DNA of 6,747 bases from Escherichia coli (GTDB taxonomy: Bacteria; Pseudomonadota; Gammaproteobacteria; Enterobacterales; Enterobacteriaceae): the NCBI RefSeq assembly GCF_050320075.1, contig NZ_CP190024.1. The stretch is one strand, 5' to 3'. This document shows, piece after piece, positions 1 to 6,745 of this stretch. Below the pieces are notes generated by a model that was not told where the DNA came from, made no database searches, and worked only from the letters and a program-made list of their open reading frames with translations. Made by a program: the position numbers and the translations under genes. How positions within the stretch are numbered: the first letter of the stretch is position 1; the number at the start of each line of letters is the position of its first letter.

Positions 1-927
1 ATGAGCGCCGCGCTTCAATACTTCGACGAAAATTTACCCCACCGTCCCTATCACACGGATGATCTCGCTTTTGGTCTTCGCATCTCCGGCAAAGGGCGTG
101 CGCTTCTTGCGCGGTACATCCAGCAGAACCAGCCTCATGCGCAGTTCTGGCTGGTTTTTGATGTTGACCGCGAGGGGGCAGCGATTGACTGGAGTGACCG
201 GAACGCTCCCGCGCCGAACATCACCGTAAAAAATCCTGTGAACGGTCATGCTCACCTGCTCTACGCGCTCAATATCGCCGTGAGAACCGCGCCGGACAGC
301 TCGGTTAAGGCGCTGAAATACGCCGCTGCGATTGAACGTTCGCTGTGTGAGAAACTTTGTGCTGATGTGAACTACAGCGGACTGATTTGTAAAAATCCGT
401 TCCACCTGGAATGGCAGGTGATGGAGTGGCGAGAGGAAGCCTATACCCTCGGTGAACTGGCTGATTATCTCGATTTGAGTGCCTCAGCGCGCCGTAGCAT
501 CGATAAACGTTACGGGATGGGGCGAAACTGCCACCTGTTCGAAATGACGCGCAAATGGGCTTACAGGGCGATTCGTCAGGGCTGGCCAGCATTCTCACAG
601 TGGCTTGATGCCGTGATTCAGCGTGTCGAAATGTACAACGCATCGCTTCCCGTTCCGCTTTCTCCGGCTGAATGTCGGGCTATTGGCAAGAGCATTGCGA
701 AATACACGCACAGGAACTTCACGCCGGAAACTTTCGCACAGTATGTGGCTGATACGCACACGCCAGAAATTCAGGCTGCACGTGGTCGCAAGGGCGGGAA
801 AATTGGAGGTGCTAAGTCTAAGCGTGGTGCTGTTGCCACATCTGCGCGAACGTTGAAACCGTGGGAGACTCTTGGAATTAGCCGCGCCTGGTATTACCAA
901 CTGAAAAAACGAGGTCTTGTAGAGTAG
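1..927 (+). CDS. rep: ColE2-family plasmid replication initiator Rep (plasmid-specific primase)
   Basis: 308-aa ORF from ATG at 1 to TAG at 925-927. The protein closely resembles, from memory, the Rep proteins of ColE2/ColE3-type plasmids (about 300 aa with a basic C-terminal DNA-binding tail, here ...GRKGGKIGGAKSKRGAVATSARTLKPWETLGISRAWYYQLKKRG). A ColE2-like origin motif follows the stop codon directly. Putative RBS GGAG at 6730-6733 if the molecule is circular. Confidence 0.88.
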   Translation: MSAALQYFDENLPHRPYHTDDLAFGLRISGKGRALLARYIQQNQPHAQFWLVFDVDREGAAIDWSDRNAPAPNITVKNPVNGHAHLLYALNIAVRTAPDSSVKALKYAAAIERSLCEKLCADVNYSGLICKNPFHLEWQVMEWREEAYTLGELADYLDLSASARRSIDKRYGMGRNCHLFEMTRKWAYRAIRQGWPAFSQWLDAVIQRVEMYNASLPVPLSPAECRAIGKSIAKYTHRNFTPETFAQYVADTHTPEIQAARGRKGGKIGGAKSKRGAVATSARTLKPWETLGISRAWYYQLKKRGLVE

Positions 928-975
928 ACCAAATAAAACCTATATCAGATAACAGCGCTTTTTTGAGCTGTTGGC
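928..975. promoter_or_regulatory. ColE2-type replication origin (Rep binding and primer synthesis site)
   Basis: Directly after the rep stop: AAATAAAACCTATATCAGATAACAGCGCTTTTTTGAGCTGTTGGCG. The core TATCAGATAACAGCGC (943-958) matches my recollection of the conserved ColE2-P9 minimal ori, which lies immediately 3' of rep in that family. Short inverted repeat ACAGC..GCTGT at 952-970. Exact boundaries are approximate. Confidence 0.6.
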
Positions 976-1035
976 GTTTGGTGGCTTTTTCGTTTCCTCC
1001 CTGCAATGGTGCGGCTTTCCGCGTGATTGAGGTTG

Positions 1036-1098
1036 TAGCGCTCGCCGCAGTCTCATGTCCGAGCGTAGCGAGCGAATGAGCGAGGAAGCGCAAAGGCG
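1036..1098. other. ColE1/pMB1-backbone-like segment, candidate single-strand initiation (primosome assembly) site
   Basis: GCGCTCGCCGCAGTCTCATGTCCGAGCGTAGCGAGCGAATGAGCGAGGAAGCGCAAAGGCG is roughly 80% identical by eye to the pMB1/pUC segment CCGCTCGCCGCAGCCGAACGACCGAGCGCAGCGAGTCAGTGAGCGAGGAAGCGGAAGAGCG, which sits just downstream of the ColE1-type origin. Functional call is inference from position (about 60-120 bp downstream of the ColE2 ori). Confidence 0.35.
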
Positions 1099-1132
1099 TC
1101 CGGTGGTGTATGTGGCTCTTACGCGCCGGGGC

Positions 1133-1408
1133 TTAGTGGTTCTGCGGTTTCGCCGGTGGTCTGGGTAGCTTCTCCAGCTCGTTAATCAGCGGTTGTAGTC
1201 GGTTCATATCGGCCTGTCTTGTGACTTCCTTTCGCAGAAACTGGAGCAGGAACGCACGCAGTTGCGCTTCTTCCGGCCTCCGTACCCTCGCCAGCATGGC
1301 AGCCCCCACAATGACTTTTTGCGCCGTGTCCAGGCTCCGGCTCTTCGCCTTCAGGCGCTGTAATCTGGCCTCAGCTTCGGCAATCTTCTGTTCGAGTGTT
1401 CTGCTCAT
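1133..1408 (-). CDS. mobC: MobC-family mobilisation accessory protein (relaxosome component)
   Basis: 91-aa ORF on the minus strand, divergent from the relaxase gene with the putative oriT in between (RSF1010-like arrangement). Charged coiled-coil N-terminus followed by KVIVGAAMLARV, resembling the MobC family. GGAG RBS about 8 nt upstream of the ATG (complement of 1406-1408); stop is the complement of 1133-1135. Confidence 0.72.
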   Translation of the reverse strand: MSRTLEQKIAEAEARLQRLKAKSRSLDTAQKVIVGAAMLARVRRPEEAQLRAFLLQFLRKEVTRQADMNRLQPLINELEKLPRPPAKPQNH

Positions 1409-1494
1409 TTCGTGACTCCGTGCGCGGTGAAAAATCGTATTTTAGCGCGTCACTGGTAGTTGCAAAACTGAACTGGCATAATGCACGGCACATC

Positions 1495-1550
1495 ACGAAG
1501 TGCGCACTTATACAATCTTCACTTCGTTTCGATTGTGTGCGCCCTGCGGG
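1495..1550. promoter_or_regulatory. Candidate oriT (nic region) and divergent mobC/mobA promoter region
   Basis: Intergenic region between divergent mobC and mobA. Inverted repeat CGAAGTG (1495-1501) / CACTTCG (1520-1526), including the perfect 12-bp palindrome AAGTGCGCACTT (1497-1508), followed by GTGTGCGCCCTGCGGGG (1535-1551). This resembles the RSF1010 nic region as I recall it (GGTAAGTGCG^CCCTCCCC), which would put the nick near 1541/1542. Confidence 0.5.
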
Positions 1551-1586
1551 GCTGAAAGAAAACGGCAAAAAGGCATTACGGAAGAA

Positions 1587-3806
1587 ATGGCGATTTATCA
1601 TCTCAGCATGAAAATCATTTCGCGAAAAAACGGCTACAGTGCCGTTGCTTCTGCTGCCTACCGTTCCGGCTCTGTCATACCCGATGACCGTACCGGATTA
1701 ATCCACGATTACACCCGTAAACGCGGCGTTGATGATGCGGTCATTCTCACCCCTGCGAATGCACCGTCCTGGTGTGGTGACCGTTCCGTTCTCTGGAATG
1801 CGGTCGAGAAAGCCGAACAGCGCCGGAACTCCCAGCTGGCAAGGGAGATTGAACTCGCCATTCCCCGTGAGATTTCCCGCGAGGCCGCACGGGAGGCCGT
1901 TCTCGCTTTTGTCCGGGAAAACTTTGTCAGTCGGGGCATGATTGCCGATGTGGCGTTCCATCATATGGACCGGACCAACCCCCATGCACACATCATGCTG
2001 ACCACGAGAGCTGTCGGGGAAACGGGATTCGCAGGAAAGGTCAGGGACTGGAACGACCGGGCACTCGCCGAGACGTGGCGCGCATCATGGGCTGACCATG
2101 CGAACAGAGCGCTTGCGAACGCCGGCTACCAGGAAGAGATAGACCATCGTTCATACGAGCGTCAGGGACTGGAGAAAGCGCCGGGCCTTCACCTCGGAAA
2201 GGCTGCCTGTGCGATGGAAAAACGGGGCATGGAAACAGAACGCGGTGAGCAGAACCGCCTGATTAACAGCCTTAACCTGGAAATACAGGTTTCCCGCACA
2301 AGGCTGGCAGTCATCCAGGTACAGGAGAACGTGCGGAAACGGGAACTCAGCGATGCCGCACGTCGTGCAGCGGAAGCCCTTAATCTGACCATTCCCGCCG
2401 CGAATGCCTCAGCGGATACCCTGCGGGAATTCATTGCCACACTGCCGCAGGAATGCGGGAACGCATGGGAGATGACACCGGAGTTCGTGGCGATGAACGG
2501 GAAGGCAAACGACATCAAACGTGAGGGGAATGCGCTGGTGAAAGAGCGGGATATTCTCGAAAAAGAGATGACCGGACTCAGAAAATCCCGTCCGGTAGCG
2601 TCCATCCTGTCAGAGCTTCCCCTGATGACATGGGCTGAACCGGAATACCGCAAAAGACAACTCCGCTTCTGGAAACTCGAGAAACAGATTGAATCTCTTC
2701 TCCGCACCTACAGGGCCGTGAAAGAACGGGACATTCCCGCCCGTCGTCAGGCCTTTGAAACGCAGTGGAATACGTGGATTTCGCCGGGAATGGCAGAGCT
2801 GAAAGAAAAACTGTCAGCACGGGAAGCGGAGCGGCGCAGGGAGGAAGCCGAAGCGGAAGCGCGCCGGAAGGAACAGGAATATGACGCACGGCTGAAACAC
2901 CATGATAACCATCGCCTGAGCCGTGAAACGGCATTAGCCGGGGTTATTACGGAGCTGGGGCGTGCCAGAGAGCCGGGAACGGGCAGGATAACCCGCTACA
3001 TGATGCTGAGTAACAGAGCCGGAGAATTCACGGTATGGGGTGATGAGCTGGCGCATTACCCCCAGAGTGTTCATGACCCGGTGAATGTTTACCTGTCGCC
3101 AGGCGGGGCTGTGATGGTCTCGGATATACGTGAGAGAATGCCAGAATCTCATGAGACGATGGCGCGGCCTGAGCGTGTGAGAATGTATTCCGGTGCGACG
3201 GTCCGGCATGTACTGGAACAGATGCGCCAGGGGTGGCCCTCTTACGGTTTTCCGGCGCTGCCGCATCACTGGCCGGATAATTTTTATTTCAGCGACGACC
3301 GCAGGCCCGCAGCCTCTCCGCTGCCGTCAGCGCACCGGGTGGACGTCACCGCTTATGCGGCACCGGAGCAACTCATGCCCGTTGTCTTTTCGACAGAGCG
3401 AAACAGCAGGACGCTGAATCTGCTGTTGTGCGAAGGGCCGGAGGAAATGCTTGTCGGTTTTGTGCGCCTGGAGGACGAGCTGCGTCCCGTTCTTGCGCTT
3501 CCGTCGCCGGATTACAGTCATCTGATGGTAAGCATCATCACAGAGAACGGGATACACCTGGCAGGTTACGGTGAGGCCATAAACCGTGATGCTGATACTC
3601 CGTACCCACCGGAACCGAAGCTGATGCAGTTCAGGCTTAAGGGCTGTCAGGACACGCTTTTTGCTGCCATCAACAAACCGGAAGAGATGCCGGATTATCT
3701 CTTCCGTCAACTCGGATTTAATCAGACCTGGCATGAGTGGAAGCGGGAGGAACAGCGCAGGCAACAACAACGCCGTCCCGGGCACTTCCGGGGCATGAGT
3801 ATGTGA
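1587..3806 (+). CDS. mobA: MobA/MobL-family (MobQ) conjugative relaxase with a long C-terminal extension
   Basis: The ORF track starts at a GTG at 1500, but the in-frame ATG at 1587 gives the N-terminus MAIYHLSMKIISRKNGYSAVASAAYRSGS, typical of MobA relaxases (RSF1010 MobA starts MAIYHL) and placing the catalytic Tyr near the N-terminus. Histidine triad HHMDRTNPHAHIML. Stop TGA at 3804-3806. Residues from about 250 to 740 include a charged coiled-coil stretch and a C-terminal region I cannot assign to a domain by eye. Confidence 0.9.
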   Translation: MAIYHLSMKIISRKNGYSAVASAAYRSGSVIPDDRTGLIHDYTRKRGVDDAVILTPANAPSWCGDRSVLWNAVEKAEQRRNSQLAREIELAIPREISREAAREAVLAFVRENFVSRGMIADVAFHHMDRTNPHAHIMLTTRAVGETGFAGKVRDWNDRALAETWRASWADHANRALANAGYQEEIDHRSYERQGLEKAPGLHLGKAACAMEKRGMETERGEQNRLINSLNLEIQVSRTRLAVIQVQENVRKRELSDAARRAAEALNLTIPAANASADTLREFIATLPQECGNAWEMTPEFVAMNGKANDIKREGNALVKERDILEKEMTGLRKSRPVASILSELPLMTWAEPEYRKRQLRFWKLEKQIESLLRTYRAVKERDIPARRQAFETQWNTWISPGMAELKEKLSAREAERRREEAEAEARRKEQEYDARLKHHDNHRLSRETALAGVITELGRAREPGTGRITRYMMLSNRAGEFTVWGDELAHYPQSVHDPVNVYLSPGGAVMVSDIRERMPESHETMARPERVRMYSGATVRHVLEQMRQGWPSYGFPALPHHWPDNFYFSDDRRPAASPLPSAHRVDVTAYAAPEQLMPVVFSTERNSRTLNLLLCEGPEEMLVGFVRLEDELRPVLALPSPDYSHLMVSIITENGIHLAGYGEAINRDADTPYPPEPKLMQFRLKGCQDTLFAAINKPEEMPDYLFRQLGFNQTWHEWKREEQRRQQQRRPGHFRGMSM

Positions 3807-3844
3807 TGTCCGGGGCTGCACTCCGGACCCCGCCAACACATCAC

Positions 3845-3868
3845 GGGCCACAAAATTTTTTGTGGCCC
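3845..3868. terminator. Palindromic hairpin downstream of mobA (possible terminator/insulator before the colicin promoter)
   Basis: GGGCCACAAAATTTTTTGTGGCCC is a near-perfect palindrome with 11-bp arms, 39 bp after the mobA stop and upstream of the colicin promoter. No clean U-tract follows on the plus strand, so terminator function is uncertain. Confidence 0.4.
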
Positions 3869-3925
3869 GCTCTGCGTTTTCTAAGTGTTATCCCTCCTGA
3901 CTTCTAAAAAATTTTCCACCTGAAC

Positions 3926-3954
3926 TTGACAGAAAAAACGATGACGGGTACTTT
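3926..3954 (+). promoter_or_regulatory. Colicin operon sigma70 promoter (-35 TTGACA, -10 approximately TACTTT)
   Basis: Consensus -35 TTGACA at 3926-3931. After a 17-bp spacer a candidate -10 TACTTT at 3949-3954. An A/T-rich tract lies upstream (3905-3920) and the LexA operators immediately downstream, as in E-group colicin promoters. Confidence 0.65.
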
Positions 3955-3959
3955 TTGAT

Positions 3960-3990
3960 CTGTACATAAAACCAGTGGTTTTATGTACAG
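3960..3990 (+). promoter_or_regulatory. Tandem overlapping LexA (SOS) operators
   Basis: CTGTACATAAAACCAG (3960-3975) fits the LexA box consensus CTGT-N8-ACAG, and an overlapping second box ends in ATGTACAG (3983-3990). The whole element CTGTACATAAAACCAGTGGTTTTATGTACAG is the classic dual SOS box of colicin promoters. Confidence 0.85.
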
Positions 3991-4037
3991 TATTAATCAT
4001 GTAATTAATTGTTTTAACGCTTAAAAGAGGGACTTTT

Positions 4038-5786
4038 ATGAGCGGTGGAGATGGACGCGGCCATAACACGGGCGCGCATAGCACAAGTGGTAACATTAAT
4101 GGTGGCCCGACCGGGATTGGTGTAAGTGGTGGTGCTTCTGATGGTTCAGGATGGAGTTCGGAAAATAACCCGTGGGGTGGTGGTTCCGGTAGCGGCATTC
4201 ACTGGGGAGGTGGCTCCGGTCGTGGTAATGGCGGGGGTAATGGCAATTCCGGTGGTGGCTCGGGAACAGGCGGTAATTTGTCAGCAGTAGCTGCGCCAGT
4301 GGCATTTGGTTTTCCGGCGCTTTCCACTCCAGGAGCTGGCGGTCTGGCTGTCAGTATTTCTGCAAGCGAATTATCGGCAGCTATTGCTGGTATTATTGCT
4401 AAATTAAAAAAAGTAAATCTTAAATTCACTCCTTTTGGGGTTGTCTTATCTTCATTAATTCCGTCGGAAATAGCGAAAGATGACCCCAATATGATGTCAA
4501 AGATTGTGACGTCATTACCCGCAGATGATATTACTGAATCACCTGTCAGTTCATTACCTCTCGATAAGGCAACAGTAAACGTAAATGTTCGTGTTGTTGA
4601 TGATGTAAAAGACGAACGACAGAATATTTCGGTTGTTTCAGGTGTTCCGATGAGTGTTCCGGTGGTTGATGCAAAACCTACCGAACGTCCAGGTGTTTTT
4701 ACGGCATCAATTCCAGGTGCACCTGTTCTGAATATTTCAGTTAATAACAGTACGCCAGCAGTACAGACATTAAGCCCAGGTGTTACAAATAATACTGATA
4801 AGGATGTTCGCCCGGCAGGATTTACTCAGGGTGGTAATACCAGGGATGCAGTTATTCGATTCCCGAAGGACAGCGGTCATAATGCCGTATATGTTTCAGT
4901 GAGTGATGTTCTTAGTCCTGACCAGGTAAAACAACGTCAGGATGAAGAAAATCGCCGTCAGCAGGAATGGGATGCTACGCATCCGGTTGAAGCGGCTGAG
5001 CGAAATTATGAACGCGCGCGTGCAGAGCTGAATCAGGCAAATGAAGATGTTGCCAGAAATCAGGAGCGACAGGCTAAAGCTGTTCAGGTTTATAATTCGC
5101 GTAAAAGCGAACTTGATGCAGCGAATAAAACTCTTGCTGATGCAATAGCTGAAATAAAACAATTTAATCGATTTGCCCATGACCCAATGGCTGGCGGTCA
5201 CAGAATGTGGCAAATGGCCGGGCTTAAAGCTCAGCGGGCGCAGACGGATGTAAATAATAAGCAGGCTGCATTTGATGCTGCTGCAAAAGAGAAGTCAGAT
5301 GCTGATGCTGCATTAAGTGCCGCGCAGGAGCGCCGCAAACAGAAGGAAAATAAAGAAAAGGACGCTAAGGATAAATTAGATAAGGAGAGTAAACGGAATA
5401 AGCCAGGGAAGGCGACAGGTAAAGGTAAACCAGTTGGTGATAAATGGCTGGATGATGCAGGTAAAGATTCAGGAGCGCCAATTCCAGATCGCATTGCTGA
5501 TAAGTTGCGTGATAAAGAATTTAAAAACTTCGACGATTTTCGGAGAAAATTCTGGGAAGAAGTGTCGAAAGATCCTGAGTTAAGTAAGCAATTTAATCCA
5601 GGTAATAAAAAACGCTTGAGCCAAGGATTAGCTCCACGGGCTAGGAATAAAGATACTGTCGGTGGGCGTCGCTCATTTGAGCTTCATCACGACAAGCCAA
5701 TCAGTCAGGATGGTGGTGTTTATGATATGGACAACCTCCGTATCACTACGCCGAAACGCCATATTGATATTCACAGAGGTCAGTAA
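4038..5786 (+). CDS. col: E-group DNase colicin (BtuB/Tol-dependent, HNH nuclease C-terminus), most consistent with colicin E8-type
   Basis: 582-aa ORF with RBS GAGGG at 4026-4030. Glycine-rich N-terminal translocation domain containing the TolB box DGSGW (residues 35-39). Central coiled-coil region of the kind that forms the receptor-binding domain. C-terminal HNH/beta-beta-alpha-Me motif [34 protein letters not shown], diagnostic of the DNase colicins E2/E7/E8/E9. Subtype inferred from the adjacent immunity gene. Confidence 0.93.
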
Positions 5787-5788
5787 AA

Positions 5789-6046
5789 ATGGAACTGAAA
5801 AACAGCATTAGTGATTACACTGAAACTGAATTCAAAAAAATTATTGAAGACATCATCAATTGTGAAGGTGATGAAAAAAAACAGGATGATAACCTCGAGC
5901 ATTTTATAAGTGTTACTGAGCATCCTAGTGGTTCTGATCTGATTTATTACCCAGAAGGTAATAATGATGGTAGCCCTGAAGCTGTTATTAAAGAGATTAA
6001 AGAATGGCGAGCTGCTAACGGTAAGTCAGGATTTAAACAGGGCTGA
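5789..6046 (+). CDS. imm: DNase-colicin immunity protein (Im family), Im8-like
   Basis: 85-aa ORF starting 2 nt after the colicin stop, with RBS AGAGG inside the colicin 3' end. Conserved Im-family blocks [12 protein letters not shown]...[13 protein letters not shown]...[17 protein letters not shown]. The variable specificity region ([32 protein letters not shown]) matches my recollection of Im8 rather than Im2, Im7 or Im9. Confidence 0.93.
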
Positions 6047-6051
6047 AATAT

Positions 6052-6090
6052 GAATGCCAGTTGTTTAAGGATGAATGACTGGCATTCTTT
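6052..6090 (+). terminator. Hairpin between imm and lysis gene (partial read-through terminator)
   Basis: Perfect 10-bp inverted repeat GAATGCCAGT (6052-6061) / ACTGGCATTC (6078-6087) with a 16-nt loop, followed by TTT. It sits between imm and the lysis gene, where E-colicin operons have an attenuating terminator. Confidence 0.5.
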
Positions 6091-6107
6091 CACAACAAGG
6101 AGTCGTT

Positions 6108-6251
6108 ATGAAAAAAATAACAGGGATTATTTTATTGCTTCTTGCAGTCATTATTCTGGCTGCATGTCAGGCAAACTATATCCGGGATGTTCAGGGCGGG
6201 ACCGTATCTCCGTCATCAACAGCTGAAGTGACCGGATTAGCAACGCAGTAA
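6108..6251 (+). CDS. Colicin release / lysis lipoprotein (bacteriocin release protein)
   Basis: 47-aa ORF absent from the ORF track because of its length. [47 protein letters not shown] has a signal peptide and lipobox (LAAC, lipidated Cys at position 20), typical of colicin lysis proteins. Strong RBS AAGGAG at 6097-6102; last gene of the col-imm-lys operon. Confidence 0.9.
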   Translation: MKKITGIILLLLAVIILAACQANYIRDVQGGTVSPSSTAEVTGLATQ

Positions 6252-6278
6252 CCCGAAATCCTCTTTGACAAAAACAAA

Positions 6279-6311
6279 GCGTGTCAGGCTGATTCTGATG
6301 CGCTTTTTTTT
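6279..6311 (+). terminator. Rho-independent terminator of the colicin operon
   Basis: Stem GCGTGTCAG (6279-6287) / CTGATGCGC (6295-6303) with a 7-nt loop and two G-U pairs, followed by T8 (6304-6311), just after the lysis gene stop. Confidence 0.75.
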
Positions 6312-6439
6312 GAAATGTCACAAAAGTTCCATGTGGGAGATGGGATCTAAAATCCCTGTGCAGAACCTTCCATCCGGTGGGAGAAAACTTGTCATTTTGA
6401 CCTGTTCGCCATTCGGAACGGTCGAAACCGATCGCGTAT

Positions 6440-6590
6440 CGCTTTCGTGCATAGTTATGCAGCGCCCTAAAAACGATTCTGACGCATTTTTCTGGTTCAG
6501 CCTGGTGTTTCCTTGTCTTTTTGCGTTTTTTGCGTCAGAACGCGTCTGAGAGCGTTTTAAGGGGTACGTACAACAGGAATTATGGTAAAT
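6440..6590. other. cer-like Xer (XerC/XerD) multimer-resolution site with upstream accessory sequences
   Basis: Core at 6563-6590: GGTACGTACAA-CAGGAA-TTATGGTAAAT. The XerD arm is identical, and the XerC arm has one mismatch, to ColE1 cer (GGTGCGTACAA-TTAAGGGA-TTATGGTAAAT) as I recall it. About 110 bp upstream is a palindrome with ARG-box geometry, TGCATAGTTATGCA (6449-6462), plus 9-bp inverted repeats TCTGACGCA (6478-6486) / TGCGTCAGA (6531-6539). Confidence 0.65.
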
Positions 6591-6644
6591 GGATCGGGTT
6601 TGCGGGAAGGATCGACAGGATTTGCCGTTGGGTGTAGTGTAAGC

Positions 6645-6745
6645 GACTGAAAAACAAACGCCCCTGAAATCATGTCCAGATCCGGCAAGATTCAACATGA
6701 AATACAGAGGGCGTGTAGGTCGCATAACCCGGAGAGAATCGTAAC
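6645..6745 (-). ncRNA. Candidate antisense copy-control RNA (RNAI-like) complementary to the rep mRNA leader
   Basis: In ColE2-type plasmids an approximately 115-nt antisense RNA complementary to the rep 5' UTR controls Rep translation. On the minus strand, if the molecule is circular, a promoter-like pair spans the junction: TTGAAG (complement of 13-18), 16-bp spacer, TACGAT (complement of 6738-6743). Downstream, imperfect stem arms (complement of 6705-6713 and 6659-6666) are followed by a T-rich tract, GTTTGTTTTTC. Ends are approximate. Confidence 0.35.

Noticed and set aside
34-900. Minus-strand ORFs inside rep (34-405, 305-643, 595-900) and plus-strand ORF 623-856
   Set aside because: Antisense or out-of-frame ORFs entirely within a well-supported gene, with arginine/serine-rich low-complexity translations typical of spurious ORFs in GC-rich DNA.
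878-1093. Minus-strand 71-aa ORF across the origin region
   Set aside because: It spans the rep 3' end, the ori and the ColE1-like block, and has no RBS or recognisable protein features.
1500-1586. GTG-initiated N-terminal extension of the mobA ORF (MRTYTIFTSFRLCAPCGAERKRQKGITEE)
   Set aside because: The extension overlaps the putative oriT and has no RBS. The in-frame ATG at 1587 gives the canonical MAIYHL relaxase N-terminus.
1221-1611. Plus-strand ORFs 1221-1415 and 1396-1611 and minus-strand ORF 1371-1601 around mobC and oriT
   Set aside because: They overlap mobC on the opposite strand or the oriT region and give low-complexity translations; no support as genes.
1698-3851. Overlapping ORFs inside mobA on both strands (e.g. 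1698-1991, 1729-1941, 2189-2707, 2578-2934, 2934-3269, 3193-3417, 3327-3851)
   Set aside because: I looked for nested mob genes such as mobB of RSF1010 or mbeB/mbeD of ColE1. None of the plus-strand candidates has an RBS or plausible composition, and the minus-strand ones are antisense artefacts of a GC-rich gene.
4100-4290. Repetitive GGT/GGC-rich DNA as a possible tandem repeat or CRISPR-like array
   Set aside because: It encodes the glycine-rich translocation domain of the colicin. There are no regular direct repeats separated by unique spacers and no CRISPR anywhere in the window.
3881-5494. Minus-strand ORFs over the colicin promoter and gene (3881-4198, 4096-4305, 4199-4489, 4896-5213, 5231-5494)
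   Set aside because: They are antisense to the colicin gene or cross its promoter; the proline-rich 4199-4489 translation is just the mirror image of the glycine-rich coding repeats.
6265-6725. ORFs 6265-6549 (+, 94 aa) and 6318-6725 (-, 135 aa) downstream of lys
   Set aside because: They run across the operon terminator, the cer-like site and the rep leader, with no RBS and odd, Cys/Phe-rich composition. The region is better explained as non-coding regulatory DNA.
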